This document shows, in pieces, positions 27,539 through 35,697 of a stretch of DNA of 64,000 nucleotides (positions are counted from its first letter, which is position 1; each line of letters opens with the position of its first letter). The notes beneath the pieces are model-generated. The model worked only from the letters and a program-made list of their open reading frames with translations. It had not been told where the DNA came from and did no database searches. The stretch covers positions 38,293 to 102,292 of the forward strand of contig WQUV01000002.1 of the NCBI GenBank assembly GCA_009781895.1, written 5' to 3'. The DNA comes from Candidatus Saccharimonadota bacterium. GTDB lineage: Bacteria > Patescibacteriota > Saccharimonadia > Saccharimonadales > Saccharimonadaceae. The translations under genes and the position numbers were made by a program.

Positions 27539-28174
27539 ATGTGGATCATAAGAACTCTAGTTGGTAAGATAATTAGTGGCGTGGTGCTAGCGCTGTTGGT
27601 ATTTGGAGTGTTTATAGGCGTACTTGGGGGACATGACTCCGTAACCTACCGCGAAGATGTGGCGATTGTACTGGGGGCGGGGTTCGACTGTACCGGCAAC
27701 GCTAATAACTGGCCAGAGCCACGCGAAGCGCTGCAAGGGCGACTACATCAGGCGGCGTACTGGTGGCACAACCATGAAAACAACGATGTGGCGCGGATTA
27801 TTGTAACAGGCGGCAACCCACGCGATCGACGCTGCATGACAGAGGCCTACGCGATGCAGCACTACCTCAGTCGTCAAGGCGTACCAGGTCGAGCGATTAT
27901 TTTGGAGGAGAACGCGCTATCAACAGTGGAGAATATGGAGTTCTCACACCAACTTATGCAGCAGCACGGATTCCGTACAGCAGTGATTATCACAAGTCGG
28001 TCACATATGTTCCGAGCGCGACAGGCAGCGACGCGAGCAGGTATACTTAACGCGACCACGCTACACTCATCTGAGCGAATGAGTCAATGGCCGCTGATCT
28101 ATGCGAGAGAGATACCAGCACTTCTGTGGTTTTGGTTTACGCCATCACGAACGACAACGGAATCGATAGTATGA
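27539..28174 (+). CDS. DUF218 (YdcF/ElyC-like) protein
   Basis: IVLGAG...IIVTGGNP...TEAYAMQHYL...LEENALSTVEN...ITSRSHMFRA. Confidence 0.7.
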   Translation: MWIIRTLVGKIISGVVLALLVFGVFIGVLGGHDSVTYREDVAIVLGAGFDCTGNANNWPEPREALQGRLHQAAYWWHNHENNDVARIIVTGGNPRDRRCMTEAYAMQHYLSRQGVPGRAIILEENALSTVENMEFSHQLMQQHGFRTAVIITSRSHMFRARQAATRAGILNATTLHSSERMSQWPLIYAREIPALLWFWFTPSRTTTESIV

Positions 28175-28746
28175 TTGCACGATTGTCAGGCAGGATAGTC
28201 GAGAAAACCGACATATCGGCAATAATCGACGTCCAAGGTGTAGGCTATGAGGTGTTCGTAGCGATGGTTGACTATGAGGCGCTGATACTGAATGAATCTG
28301 TCACTCTATACACATACCATGCAACGAAGGAGACTAGCGAAGAATTATTTGGCTTTTCGTCGCTGGTTGGTAAACGATTGTTTGAGATGCTGCTGACCGT
28401 GCAAGGGGTCGGGCCAAAAGCGGCGATGGCAATACTTTCTATCGCAGACTTTGAGAGTGTCCGAAACGCGATTGCCCAGAATGACTCTGGATTCATCTCG
28501 CAGGCGAGTGGCGTTGGCAAGAAGACGGCGGAGCGCGTGGCGCTCGACTTGCATGACAAAGTGGGCGAGGCAACCGCGCCGTCAGGTGGCAAAGTCGGTG
28601 CGATGACGCACAAGATGGCGCGCGATGACGCGATGGAGGCTCTCATGGCGCTCGGCTATTCGTTGGCGGACGCTACAGAGCGACTAGCGGAAGTACCGAA
28701 CGACCTTTCGACCGAAGAGCGTATCAAGAAAGCTCTGGCGGGCTAA
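28171..28746 (+). CDS. ruvA: Holliday junction DNA helicase subunit RuvA
   Basis: MIARLSGRIV...VQGVGYEV, HhH LLTVQGVGPKAA and ASGVGKKTAERV. ATGA overlap with the upstream stop. Confidence 0.9.
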   Translation: MIARLSGRIVEKTDISAIIDVQGVGYEVFVAMVDYEALILNESVTLYTYHATKETSEELFGFSSLVGKRLFEMLLTVQGVGPKAAMAILSIADFESVRNAIAQNDSGFISQASGVGKKTAERVALDLHDKVGEATAPSGGKVGAMTHKMARDDAMEALMALGYSLADATERLAEVPNDLSTEERIKKALAG

Positions 28747-28801
28747 AGCAAGGACCCCCCCAACTGACTATTAAATAACTAGCTGGGGGAGCGTGAGCAG
28801 A

Positions 28802-30340
28802 TTAGATACCGACAGTTTTCTTGACGTCGGCGCCGAGGGCGTTGAGGCGGCGGACGATGTCTGCATAGCCACGATTAATCATGTAGACATTGCGGAGAAT
28901 CGAGCGGCCAGGGGCAGCGAGCATAGCTAGCAGGAGCACCATAGCAGGGCGAAGCGCTGGCGGGGTCATCATATTTGCAGGGCGGAAGTGGGTTGGACCA
29001 GTGATATAAACGCGGTGAGCATCAAGGAGCTCAACTTTAACGCCGACACGATCGAGTTCTGAGAGGTAGACAGCACGATTCTCGAAAACCCAGTCGTGGA
29101 TAAGGGTGCGGCCGTGAGCTTTCGCGGCGATGAGGGCGACGAAGGGGAGGTTGTCGATGTTTAGACCAGGGAAAGGCATAGGAGTGATCTTGTCGATAGG
29201 GGCCGCAAGCTGTGATTTCTTAAGGCGAAGATCGACTAGGCGAGAACGGCCGTTGGCACTTAGGTACTCAGGAGAAAGATCAAACTTAGCGCCCATAGTA
29301 CGGAGGATTTGAAGTTCAATCTCGACGAATTCGATGGGTACGCGCTTGACGGTGATAGATGAATCCGTGACGATACCAGCCGCGATGAAAGTCATGGCTT
29401 CGATCGGGTCCTCGGATGGGGCGTACTCGATGTCTTTCTTGAGGTTTTTCTTGCCATAAATAGTTAAAGTCGTAGTTCCGATACCCTCGAACTTAACGCC
29501 GAGCTTCTCGAAGAAGAAGCAGACATCCTGACACATGTAGTTGGGGCTGGCGTTCTTGATGACGGTCTTGGCTGGGGTTTGGGCAGCAGCAATGATGGCA
29601 TTCTCGGTGGTGGTGTCGCCACGCTCGGTTAGGACGATAATCTGGTCACGCGGGTTGTTATTAGCGATAGTAGCTGAATAGAATCCATTATCGCAGCGCG
29701 TGTCAACATCGAGGCCGAAATGAGATAGAGCCTGCAAGTGTGGCTCAACAGTGCGCTCGCCAAGAGTGCAGCCTCCAGCGAACGGGATACGGAACTCTTT
29801 GAAGCGATGAAGGAAAGTCGACATCATCATCAGAGCAGAACGAGTCCTTCGTGCGGTTTCGAGATCCATCTTGTCGAGGTTGAAAGTGCGAGGTGGGGTT
29901 AATTTGAGGTCTTTACGATGGTTCTTCCACTCAATATGGAAGCCAATGCTCTCCATAACCTCAATAATACGCATGCACTCCTCAACCCGACTGATGCCCT
30001 TGATAAGGGTAGTGCCGCGATTAGCGAGGCTGGCACAGAGGACACCAAGAGAGGCATTTTTGCTGGCAAGTACTGAAATACTGCCTTTAAGCTCATTGCC
30101 GCCATTGACGACAAAGCTCGCGATCTCACTGTCGTTAACGGTAAGAATCGGTTGGTGCAAGACCTGGCCGAGCTGATTGATGGTATCAAGCGTAATATTA
30201 CGTGCGCCATTCTCGATGCGTGCTACGGCAGACTGGGAAGTACCGAGCCTGCTCGCAAGCTCAGACTGAGTCCAGCCGTGTCGGATGCGCAGACTCTCTA
30301 CGAGCTTGCCCACCTGTTGCTTGTAATCGGATTTTGCCAT
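28802..30340 (-). CDS. murA: UDP-N-acetylglucosamine 1-carboxyvinyltransferase with an N-terminal XRE-type HTH domain
   Basis: Residues 1-65: GWTQSELASRLGTSQSAVARIENGARNITL. After that, MurA: LASKNASLGVL, catalytic-Cys loop FAGGCTLGERTVEPH, C-terminal INRGYADIVRRLNALGA. Confidence 0.85.
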   Translation of the reverse strand: MAKSDYKQQVGKLVESLRIRHGWTQSELASRLGTSQSAVARIENGARNITLDTINQLGQVLHQPILTVNDSEIASFVVNGGNELKGSISVLASKNASLGVLCASLANRGTTLIKGISRVEECMRIIEVMESIGFHIEWKNHRKDLKLTPPRTFNLDKMDLETARRTRSALMMMSTFLHRFKEFRIPFAGGCTLGERTVEPHLQALSHFGLDVDTRCDNGFYSATIANNNPRDQIIVLTERGDTTTENAIIAAAQTPAKTVIKNASPNYMCQDVCFFFEKLGVKFEGIGTTTLTIYGKKNLKKDIEYAPSEDPIEAMTFIAAGIVTDSSITVKRVPIEFVEIELQILRTMGAKFDLSPEYLSANGRSRLVDLRLKKSQLAAPIDKITPMPFPGLNIDNLPFVALIAAKAHGRTLIHDWVFENRAVYLSELDRVGVKVELLDAHRVYITGPTHFRPANMMTPPALRPAMVLLLAMLAAPGRSILRNVYMINRGYADIVRRLNALGADVKKTVGI

Positions 30341-30349
30341 AAAAGCCTT

Positions 30350-30377
30350 CAGAAAACCATGGTTTTCTGCCTTTCCT
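30350..30377 (-). promoter_or_regulatory. Leader module in front of murA: AGGAAAGG + 20-nt hairpin + 9 nt + AUG
   Basis: Sense strand AGGAAAGG-CAGAAAACCAUGGUUUUCUG-AAGGCUUUU-AUG. Confidence 0.6.
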
Positions 30378-30432
30378 TAATGATTAATGATTATTATTGT
30401 ATACACCATATTGTATCATATGGTATGTATAA

Positions 30433-30463
30433 AGGCAAGCTTTTGCGAAAACTTGCCTTTTTG
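30433..30463. terminator. Hairpin with T-tract downstream of efp
   Basis: AGGCAAG-12 nt-CTTGCCT-TTTTG. Confidence 0.5.
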
Positions 30464-30485
30464 TACGGATATTATGCAATAGATG

Positions 30486-31046
30486 CTATTTTTGTCTCTC
30501 TCGATAAGATAGACTCTCGGTATCAACAGAAACGACATCGCCCTCCTTGATGAATGCTGGCACCTTGATGACAAGGCCAGTCTCAAGCTCGGCGTCCTTC
30601 ATGACGGATGATGTAGTATCGCCCTTAACGACGTTCTCGGTGCGAACGACCTCAAGCCACATGTTCTTAGGTAGGACATTGCCGACGATAGCGCCGTTGA
30701 AGAACTGGAGGTCAAGCTCGGCACTTTCTTTCATGAAACCTTTGGCATCGCCTATGGTCTCTAGTGGGACCTGGTACTGCTCGTAAGTTTCTGGATCCAT
30801 GAAAAAGAAGTCGTCGCCATCAGCATAGAGGTACTGCACCTTACGGCTGAGTACTTCAGCTGGTTCGATCTTGTCCTGGCCCTTAAAAGTCTTTGGTATG
30901 ACGGCGCCTGTCAAGAGGTTCTTTAGCTTAACATTGACGATGGAGCCGCCACGACCGACGACTTTTTGTGAATATTCGATCACCTTGAATGGCGCGCCGT
31001 CTAACTGTATGACGGTGCCTTTTTTGAGTTCAGTTGGAGAGTACAT
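30486..31046 (-). CDS. efp: Elongation factor P
   Basis: ELKKGTVIQLDGAPFKVIEYSQKVVGRGGSIVNVKLKNLLTG. Confidence 0.92.
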   Translation of the reverse strand: MYSPTELKKGTVIQLDGAPFKVIEYSQKVVGRGGSIVNVKLKNLLTGAVIPKTFKGQDKIEPAEVLSRKVQYLYADGDDFFFMDPETYEQYQVPLETIGDAKGFMKESAELDLQFFNGAIVGNVLPKNMWLEVVRTENVVKGDTTSSVMKDAELETGLVIKVPAFIKEGDVVSVDTESLSYRERQK

Positions 31047-31047
31047 C

Positions 31048-31245
31048 TTAACCCTCCGCTACAAAAGCTAGAAGACCAAGGTGGCGCGCACGCTTGATGG
31101 CAACTGCTAGCTGTCGCTGCTGCTTCGCTGAAAGACCAGTCTTGCTGATCGCCTCAATACGACCGAAAGCATCGGTGTAGCGAGTTAGTTGCTTAGGATT
31201 TCGATAATCGAAATAAGTTTTCTTATCTGCCTTATATTTTCTCAT
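31048..31245 (-). CDS. rpsR: 30S ribosomal protein S18
   Basis: DYRNPKQLTRY...GLSAKQQRQLAVAIKRARHLGLL. Confidence 0.88.
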   Translation of the reverse strand: MRKYKADKKTYFDYRNPKQLTRYTDAFGRIEAISKTGLSAKQQRQLAVAIKRARHLGLLAFVAEG

Positions 31246-31266
31246 TTTATGCCTCTTTCTTATGAA

Positions 31267-31743
31267 TTAGAATGGAATGTCATCCAGGTTGATGGTGTTG
31301 TCGATGTCAGCTGGTGCTACATCACTGGTCTTCTTGCCTTTACCAGATGAAGCGCCACTTGAGAAGCCGCCTTCGTCTGATGGAGTAGAGAAGCTGCTGC
31401 TTTCGCCGCCCTCATTGCGACGGCCAGCGAAAGTCCAGTTGTCAGCAATAAACTCTGGAGACGCGCCAGTAGAGCCGTCCTGCTTGCTGTAGGTGTTAAT
31501 AACTAGGTTTTGGCCAGACACAATGACGCTTGAGCCCTTGTCGAGGAACTTAGCGGCATTGCCCGCGCGGACGCCAAAAATCGAAGCGCGGAAAAAGGTG
31601 GTCTGCTGGTTGTCTGGAGCGCCTTTTTTGTAGGTGGAAACTGCAACATTTAGCTCTGTAACATCTAGCCCACTCGGTGTTTTCTTGAGCTCAGGCTTAC
31701 GTGTGAGGTTACCTGAAATAACAATATTGCAAAATCCCGCCAT
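31267..31743 (-). CDS. ssb: Single-stranded DNA-binding protein
   Basis: OB fold NIVISGNLTRKPELK, Gly/Ser-rich linker, acidic tail DDIPF. Confidence 0.88.
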   Translation of the reverse strand: MAGFCNIVISGNLTRKPELKKTPSGLDVTELNVAVSTYKKGAPDNQQTTFFRASIFGVRAGNAAKFLDKGSSVIVSGQNLVINTYSKQDGSTGASPEFIADNWTFAGRRNEGGESSSFSTPSDEGGFSSGASSGKGKKTSDVAPADIDNTINLDDIPF

Positions 31744-32096
31744 TATGCTTCCTCCTTGGAGTCTTTAGCTTCTTTTTTCTCTGATTCGCGCGCCGCTCGG
31801 GCCTCGATGACCTTTGGGTCGCTCGCCACGACTAGGTGGCGGATAACCTCGCTCATCAGAACTAGAGCTCGGTCGAGCTTAGCTACAGATGACGGATCGA
31901 GCTGAACGTCGTAGTAATAAAAAATAGCGCTGTCGTTTTTGGCAATTTGGTATGCCAATTTCTTGCGCCCTTCTTCGGTTTTACTTGTAATAGCGCCACC
32001 GAGGTCGGCGATGGTCTTTTCGACTCGCTCGATTGCTGGTGACAGATTGAGTTCCAAATCTGGGTGGAACAGGATTGATAATTCGTATTCGCGCAT
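31743..32096 (-). CDS. rpsF: 30S ribosomal protein S6
   Basis: MREYELSILFHPDLE...GRKKLAYQI. Sits in the rpsF-ssb-rpsR order. Confidence 0.88.
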   Translation of the reverse strand: MREYELSILFHPDLELNLSPAIERVEKTIADLGGAITSKTEEGRKKLAYQIAKNDSAIFYYYDVQLDPSSVAKLDRALVLMSEVIRHLVVASDPKVIEARAARESEKKEAKDSKEEA

Positions 32097-32229
32097 TGCT
32101 TCCTTTCTATAAAGCTGGTTTATATCCGACGATCTCCGCCGGCTTGGCTAATAACCCCCTTATTCTATCATAAAAAGCTAAGCGATACAAGGGGTAGACT
32201 GAGCCTAAACTTGATCTTGGGCTTGCAAT

Positions 32230-32258
32230 TTGACCTTTTAACATAACTATGATATAAT
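32230..32258 (+). promoter_or_regulatory. Promoter cassette copy c
   Basis: TTGACCTTTTAACATAACTATGATATAAT. Confidence 0.65.
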
Positions 32259-32342
32259 CTATGATGGAGGAGAGTTTGAAGCTCCGCTCTCTTTTCTATA
32301 CTTAAGAGGAGTTAATTTGAATTTTAAAAAGGGGGAAGACAA

Positions 32343-33323
32343 ATGACAAAGAAGCAAAAAGGTTTCAGTTTTGTCGTTGCAGCATGCGCGGTGATAGCCA
32401 TACTGACACTCATCTTTATGGTCCAGCCGAATGCAGGCGACTGGCTGGCAGGGACAAACCCGAACTCTGCGACCGATTTTAGTCCAACAGTACCGCCAAG
32501 ACCACCAACACCCAGCAACTCTGGTATGGATCCAGACTTCGAACGGTTCCTTAGGAACGAACGGATCGAGTCTGCGGCCAACCTACTGGTAGGCAATGTG
32601 ATTCGCTTCGGTACACCGTTACCGACTGATCCGCCTCACCAAGGTGACTGTCGTTGCGAAGGGTGTGAAACCTTTCCAGAAATACTCGCGCTGGCGCAAG
32701 CCAGGGTCGACGTATTACCAGACCGCTGGGTATTGCCAGAAACTATCTACATTGAGCTGACAGGCGAGAATCGCGTCAGGCTTAATGACGAGCAAATGAG
32801 CAATCTGCGGGATGTATTCTGTAATCTGACTCATGGATCTGGGATACTGCCGAATTACCTGAGAGGATTGCCGCCACATATTATCGCGGCTACCATGGGT
32901 AATATTGGTGCTGCGAGTAGCTTTCAAAACCATACCGACAGAGAGAACGGCCATTTTGGCATCTTTCAGCTGGGCCCAGAGCTATTCGAGGCTTACGTGG
33001 TCTGGAGCAGCAAAGGTCGGATAGATGGTGTAGTGGAGGCATGGCCACAAGTCTGGAATCAGACGGCTTTCTTCTGGGACGTACTTAATGGCTGGGGTTA
33101 TGAGACCTATATTAGCCAGGATTATTCGCAGACGATAGCTGACCTGCTGGCGTCAGAAACGGTCAGAGAGGCAACTATAATCCTGAACTCAGGCCGAAGC
33201 GAAGATCCATTAGACAGGGAAGGCGGCTTCTTTCAGGGCTTTAACCTGGAGCGGCGGATAGAGTGGGCAGAGCAGATTTACGCTCAGATACTATTTGTCA
33301 GACCAGACAACCGACCAAACTGA
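32343..33323 (+). CDS. Membrane-anchored secreted protein; the C-terminal ~150 aa resemble a phage-tail-lysozyme-type (PF18013-like) muramidase domain with the candidate catalytic Glu replaced
   Basis: N-terminal TM, Pro-rich linker, AATMGNIGAASSFQ...GHFGIFQLG...ERRIEWAEQIY. Paralogous to the C-terminus of the next gene. The family call is from memory. Confidence 0.45.
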   Translation: MTKKQKGFSFVVAACAVIAILTLIFMVQPNAGDWLAGTNPNSATDFSPTVPPRPPTPSNSGMDPDFERFLRNERIESAANLLVGNVIRFGTPLPTDPPHQGDCRCEGCETFPEILALAQARVDVLPDRWVLPETIYIELTGENRVRLNDEQMSNLRDVFCNLTHGSGILPNYLRGLPPHIIAATMGNIGAASSFQNHTDRENGHFGIFQLGPELFEAYVVWSSKGRIDGVVEAWPQVWNQTAFFWDVLNGWGYETYISQDYSQTIADLLASETVREATIILNSGRSEDPLDREGGFFQGFNLERRIEWAEQIYAQILFVRPDNRPN

Positions 33324-33403
33324 CGCCGAAGTCGCACTTCCCCCAAAGTAGCTATAAGTCCCCCTATTTACAGGGGGACTTCGTCATGACTGTGGAAAAA
33401 CAC

Positions 33404-33432
33404 TTGACTTTTTAACGTAAGTATGATAAAAT
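33404..33432 (+). promoter_or_regulatory. Promoter cassette copy d
   Basis: TTGACTTTTTAACGTAAGTATGATAAAAT. Confidence 0.6.
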
Positions 33433-33544
33433 GTAGACAGATTGGGTAAGATTACGATAAATCGAACCCAAAGTATCATTAGTATGCGAAGATAACCCAC
33501 TAACGGCTTAAAGAGCCGCTATTCCACTCAGAGGAGGATGTTGC

Positions 33545-34897
33545 ATGAGGAAAGAAAATGACAGAAAGAGCCATGCACCAAAAGGTAGAAAGCCGCCCCT
33601 GCTGACACGGGCAAAGAAGACCATGCAAAGAACCCTGCGAGAGTGGGGGAGATGGCTAAGTCCACTCAGCACAGCTATCGTAAATATAGCCCGCTGGCTT
33701 ATCCAAAGACTATGGAGCGAGCTTCTGCAGCCAAAAACAAATGAATCTGCCAACAAGAAGATGCCAAGCGTCTCAATCATCGACATAAGTGAATATGAGA
33801 CAGTATACGATGAAGGGACTGGCGAGCGCAGAACTCAGAAGAAGCAACCGGCACCAGAGAAAGCCTGGCGAAAATGGGCAGCCTTTACGGCTAGCAGCCT
33901 GAGCAAGGTATTGCTGTTTGCGATACTATTTGTAGTCGGCATACCATTAAGCCTTGGGGCAGCAATGCTGATTACAGTAGCATTCGCGGCCTTCTCTTAC
34001 CTGCGCAGCCTACTATGGCGTAGAAGCTACAGTGCTGCCATGCTAACAGCGACGCTATTTGGCGTTGTGATAGTGCATGGCTGGTTCCTGTCGCCCACCT
34101 CAACACCGCCAAGCCTTGAGGCGCTAAACGAGAGCACATTCAGTGTTATGGCGGGAGAGCTACCTGGGCAAGCTGAAACACCTGAGCTACTGCCATACAG
34201 TGGCCATACAGTGGCGGCAAGACCTCAATTAGTGCTTGCGAACGACTACTCAACGGTAGAAGAGCCCACAGAAGAAGCCGTAGCAGCCGAACCTCGCCTG
34301 GTAGTGCCTGGTGATATAGTCATCAGAAGCGCCACGCTTAATGCAGCCCAACGCCACAACCTGGAGACAACCGTACAATGGTGGCTGGATGCAGGCTATG
34401 ACCTTGCATGGGCTGCGGCGATGGGGCAAACCAACTATGTTGAGGGGTCATTAAACCCGAATCCGACTGGCAACCCAGGTTTCTGGGGGTGGTTTCAAAT
34501 CAAGATGTTTGAAGCAGACGGCAGCGGCAACATGACCCAGATCTATCGCGCTTTCCACATGAATTACGTGGATCGAGCGACGATTAGGGTTCAAAACCAG
34601 TTTATCCGTGATATGTTGGAGGCGAATCCGACAAATGGAATAAACTGGGCGCGCGCTTTATCAGAAAGCTGGGGAGCAACTGACGCCAATGGGCGACAGC
34701 TTAGAAACCTCGGTGGTCTGCGGGCTGATATGTTAGCAGCTACAGCTGATAACGACCCGTTAGCAACCACCGACGCTGGAGCGATGGCTCGATTATTTAA
34801 CGAGCGATTCCTGGTAGGTGGATTCATGGAGCGCCGCATTGCGGTGGCTGACGAGATCTACACCCAGCTCCGTGCCGCTAACCCCGACATCAGGTAA
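33545..34897 (+). CDS. Multi-TM protein with a C-terminal phage-tail-lysozyme-like domain
   Basis: Basic N-terminus, 2-3 TM segments, AAAMGQTNYVEGSLNPNPTGNPGFWGWFQIK...ERRIAVADEIY. Confidence 0.45.
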   Translation: MRKENDRKSHAPKGRKPPLLTRAKKTMQRTLREWGRWLSPLSTAIVNIARWLIQRLWSELLQPKTNESANKKMPSVSIIDISEYETVYDEGTGERRTQKKQPAPEKAWRKWAAFTASSLSKVLLFAILFVVGIPLSLGAAMLITVAFAAFSYLRSLLWRRSYSAAMLTATLFGVVIVHGWFLSPTSTPPSLEALNESTFSVMAGELPGQAETPELLPYSGHTVAARPQLVLANDYSTVEEPTEEAVAAEPRLVVPGDIVIRSATLNAAQRHNLETTVQWWLDAGYDLAWAAAMGQTNYVEGSLNPNPTGNPGFWGWFQIKMFEADGSGNMTQIYRAFHMNYVDRATIRVQNQFIRDMLEANPTNGINWARALSESWGATDANGRQLRNLGGLRADMLAATADNDPLATTDAGAMARLFNERFLVGGFMERRIAVADEIYTQLRAANPDIR

Positions 34898-34928
34898 TTA
34901 GGTAATGTCTTTCGCAATACACAAGAAC

Positions 34929-34954
34929 CCCCACTCGTAATTATTCGAGTGGGG
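34929..34954. terminator. Bidirectional hairpin between convergent genes
   Basis: CCCCACTCG-8 nt-CGAGTGGGG. Confidence 0.6.
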
Positions 34955-34985
34955 ATTTCTGCTATCGCCTTTTTCTTTAAGACGC

Positions 34986-35411
34986 TTAGTCGATGACTTC
35001 GACGCCCATAGAACGGGCAGAGCCTGCGACAACCTTGATGGCTGCTTCGACGTCATTAGCGTTAAGCTGGGCCATTTTGGCTTCAGCGATCTCTTTGAGC
35101 TGGGCCTTGGTGATTTTGCCGACCTTCTCAAGGTTTGGCTTGCCTGAACCCTTCTGGATGTTGATCTTTTCACGGATCATGTCGTCGACTGGGCGACCGA
35201 GGCAGTTCCAGGTGAAAGTTCGGTCATCATAAACCTGAATATGGACGATGACGTCTTTGCCGTTGAACTCCTTAGTTGCATCATTAAATGGGTTGATGAA
35301 GTCCATCATATTTAGGCCCCACTGACCGAGAGTAGAGCCGACTGGAGGACCAGCTGTGGCGCGACCACCAGGGACGCGGAGCTTTAAGTTACCAATAATC
35401 TTTTTTGCCAT
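34986..35411 (-). CDS. rplK: 50S ribosomal protein L11
   Basis: MAKKIIGNLKLRVPGGRATAGPPVGSTLGQWGLN. Confidence 0.95.
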   Translation of the reverse strand: MAKKIIGNLKLRVPGGRATAGPPVGSTLGQWGLNMMDFINPFNDATKEFNGKDVIVHIQVYDDRTFTWNCLGRPVDDMIREKINIQKGSGKPNLEKVGKITKAQLKEIAEAKMAQLNANDVEAAIKVVAGSARSMGVEVID

Positions 35412-35420
35412 AAATACATT

Positions 35421-35448
35421 CAGAAAACCTAGGTTTTCTGCCTTTCCT
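35421..35448 (-). promoter_or_regulatory. Leader module in front of rplK: AGGAAAGG + 20-nt hairpin + 9 nt + AUG
   Basis: Sense strand AGGAAAGG-CAGAAAACCUAGGUUUUCUG-AAUGUAUUU-AUG. No other SD lies within 15 nt of the AUG. Confidence 0.65.
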
Positions 35449-35520
35449 TTAGTTGCATCCTGTAGTCCAGAGTGGATCTGGTTAGTCGGATGATGTTAAA
35501 TCTATGTGCGTAACCTGCAC

Positions 35521-35549
35521 ATTATAGCAGGAAGTAGCACCGAATACAA
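35521..35549 (-). promoter_or_regulatory. rplK promoter
   Basis: Minus strand TTGTAT-17-(TGC)TATAAT. Back-to-back with cassette e, 8 nt apart. Confidence 0.6.
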
Positions 35550-35557
35550 GAGGAGAC

Positions 35558-35586
35558 TTGATTTTTAAGCATAAATGTGGTATAAT
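35558..35586 (+). promoter_or_regulatory. Promoter cassette copy e
   Basis: TTGATTTTTAAGCATAAATGTGGTATAAT. Confidence 0.65.
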
Positions 35587-35697
35587 ACGGAGGGTATACA
35601 GGAGTATACCTCCCTACACAAAAGACGTAAAGAATAGCGTAGAACTTTTACAGCTTACTTAAACTGAAATTATATTTTCCGAAAGGGGCAGATCAAT

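Noticed and set aside
28755-28798. C7 tract plus CCCCCA...TGGGGG pairing after ruvA, as a terminator or phase-variable site.
   Set aside because: It is a 6-bp stem with a 21-nt loop and no U-tract. It is intergenic between convergent genes, so slippage would have no obvious consequence.
30358-30369. Mini-ORF (AUG GUU UUC UGA) inside the murA leader hairpin as a regulatory uORF.
   Set aside because: The rplK and proS copies of the hairpin have CUAG and UUAG loops without an AUG, so the AUG is not a conserved part of the module.
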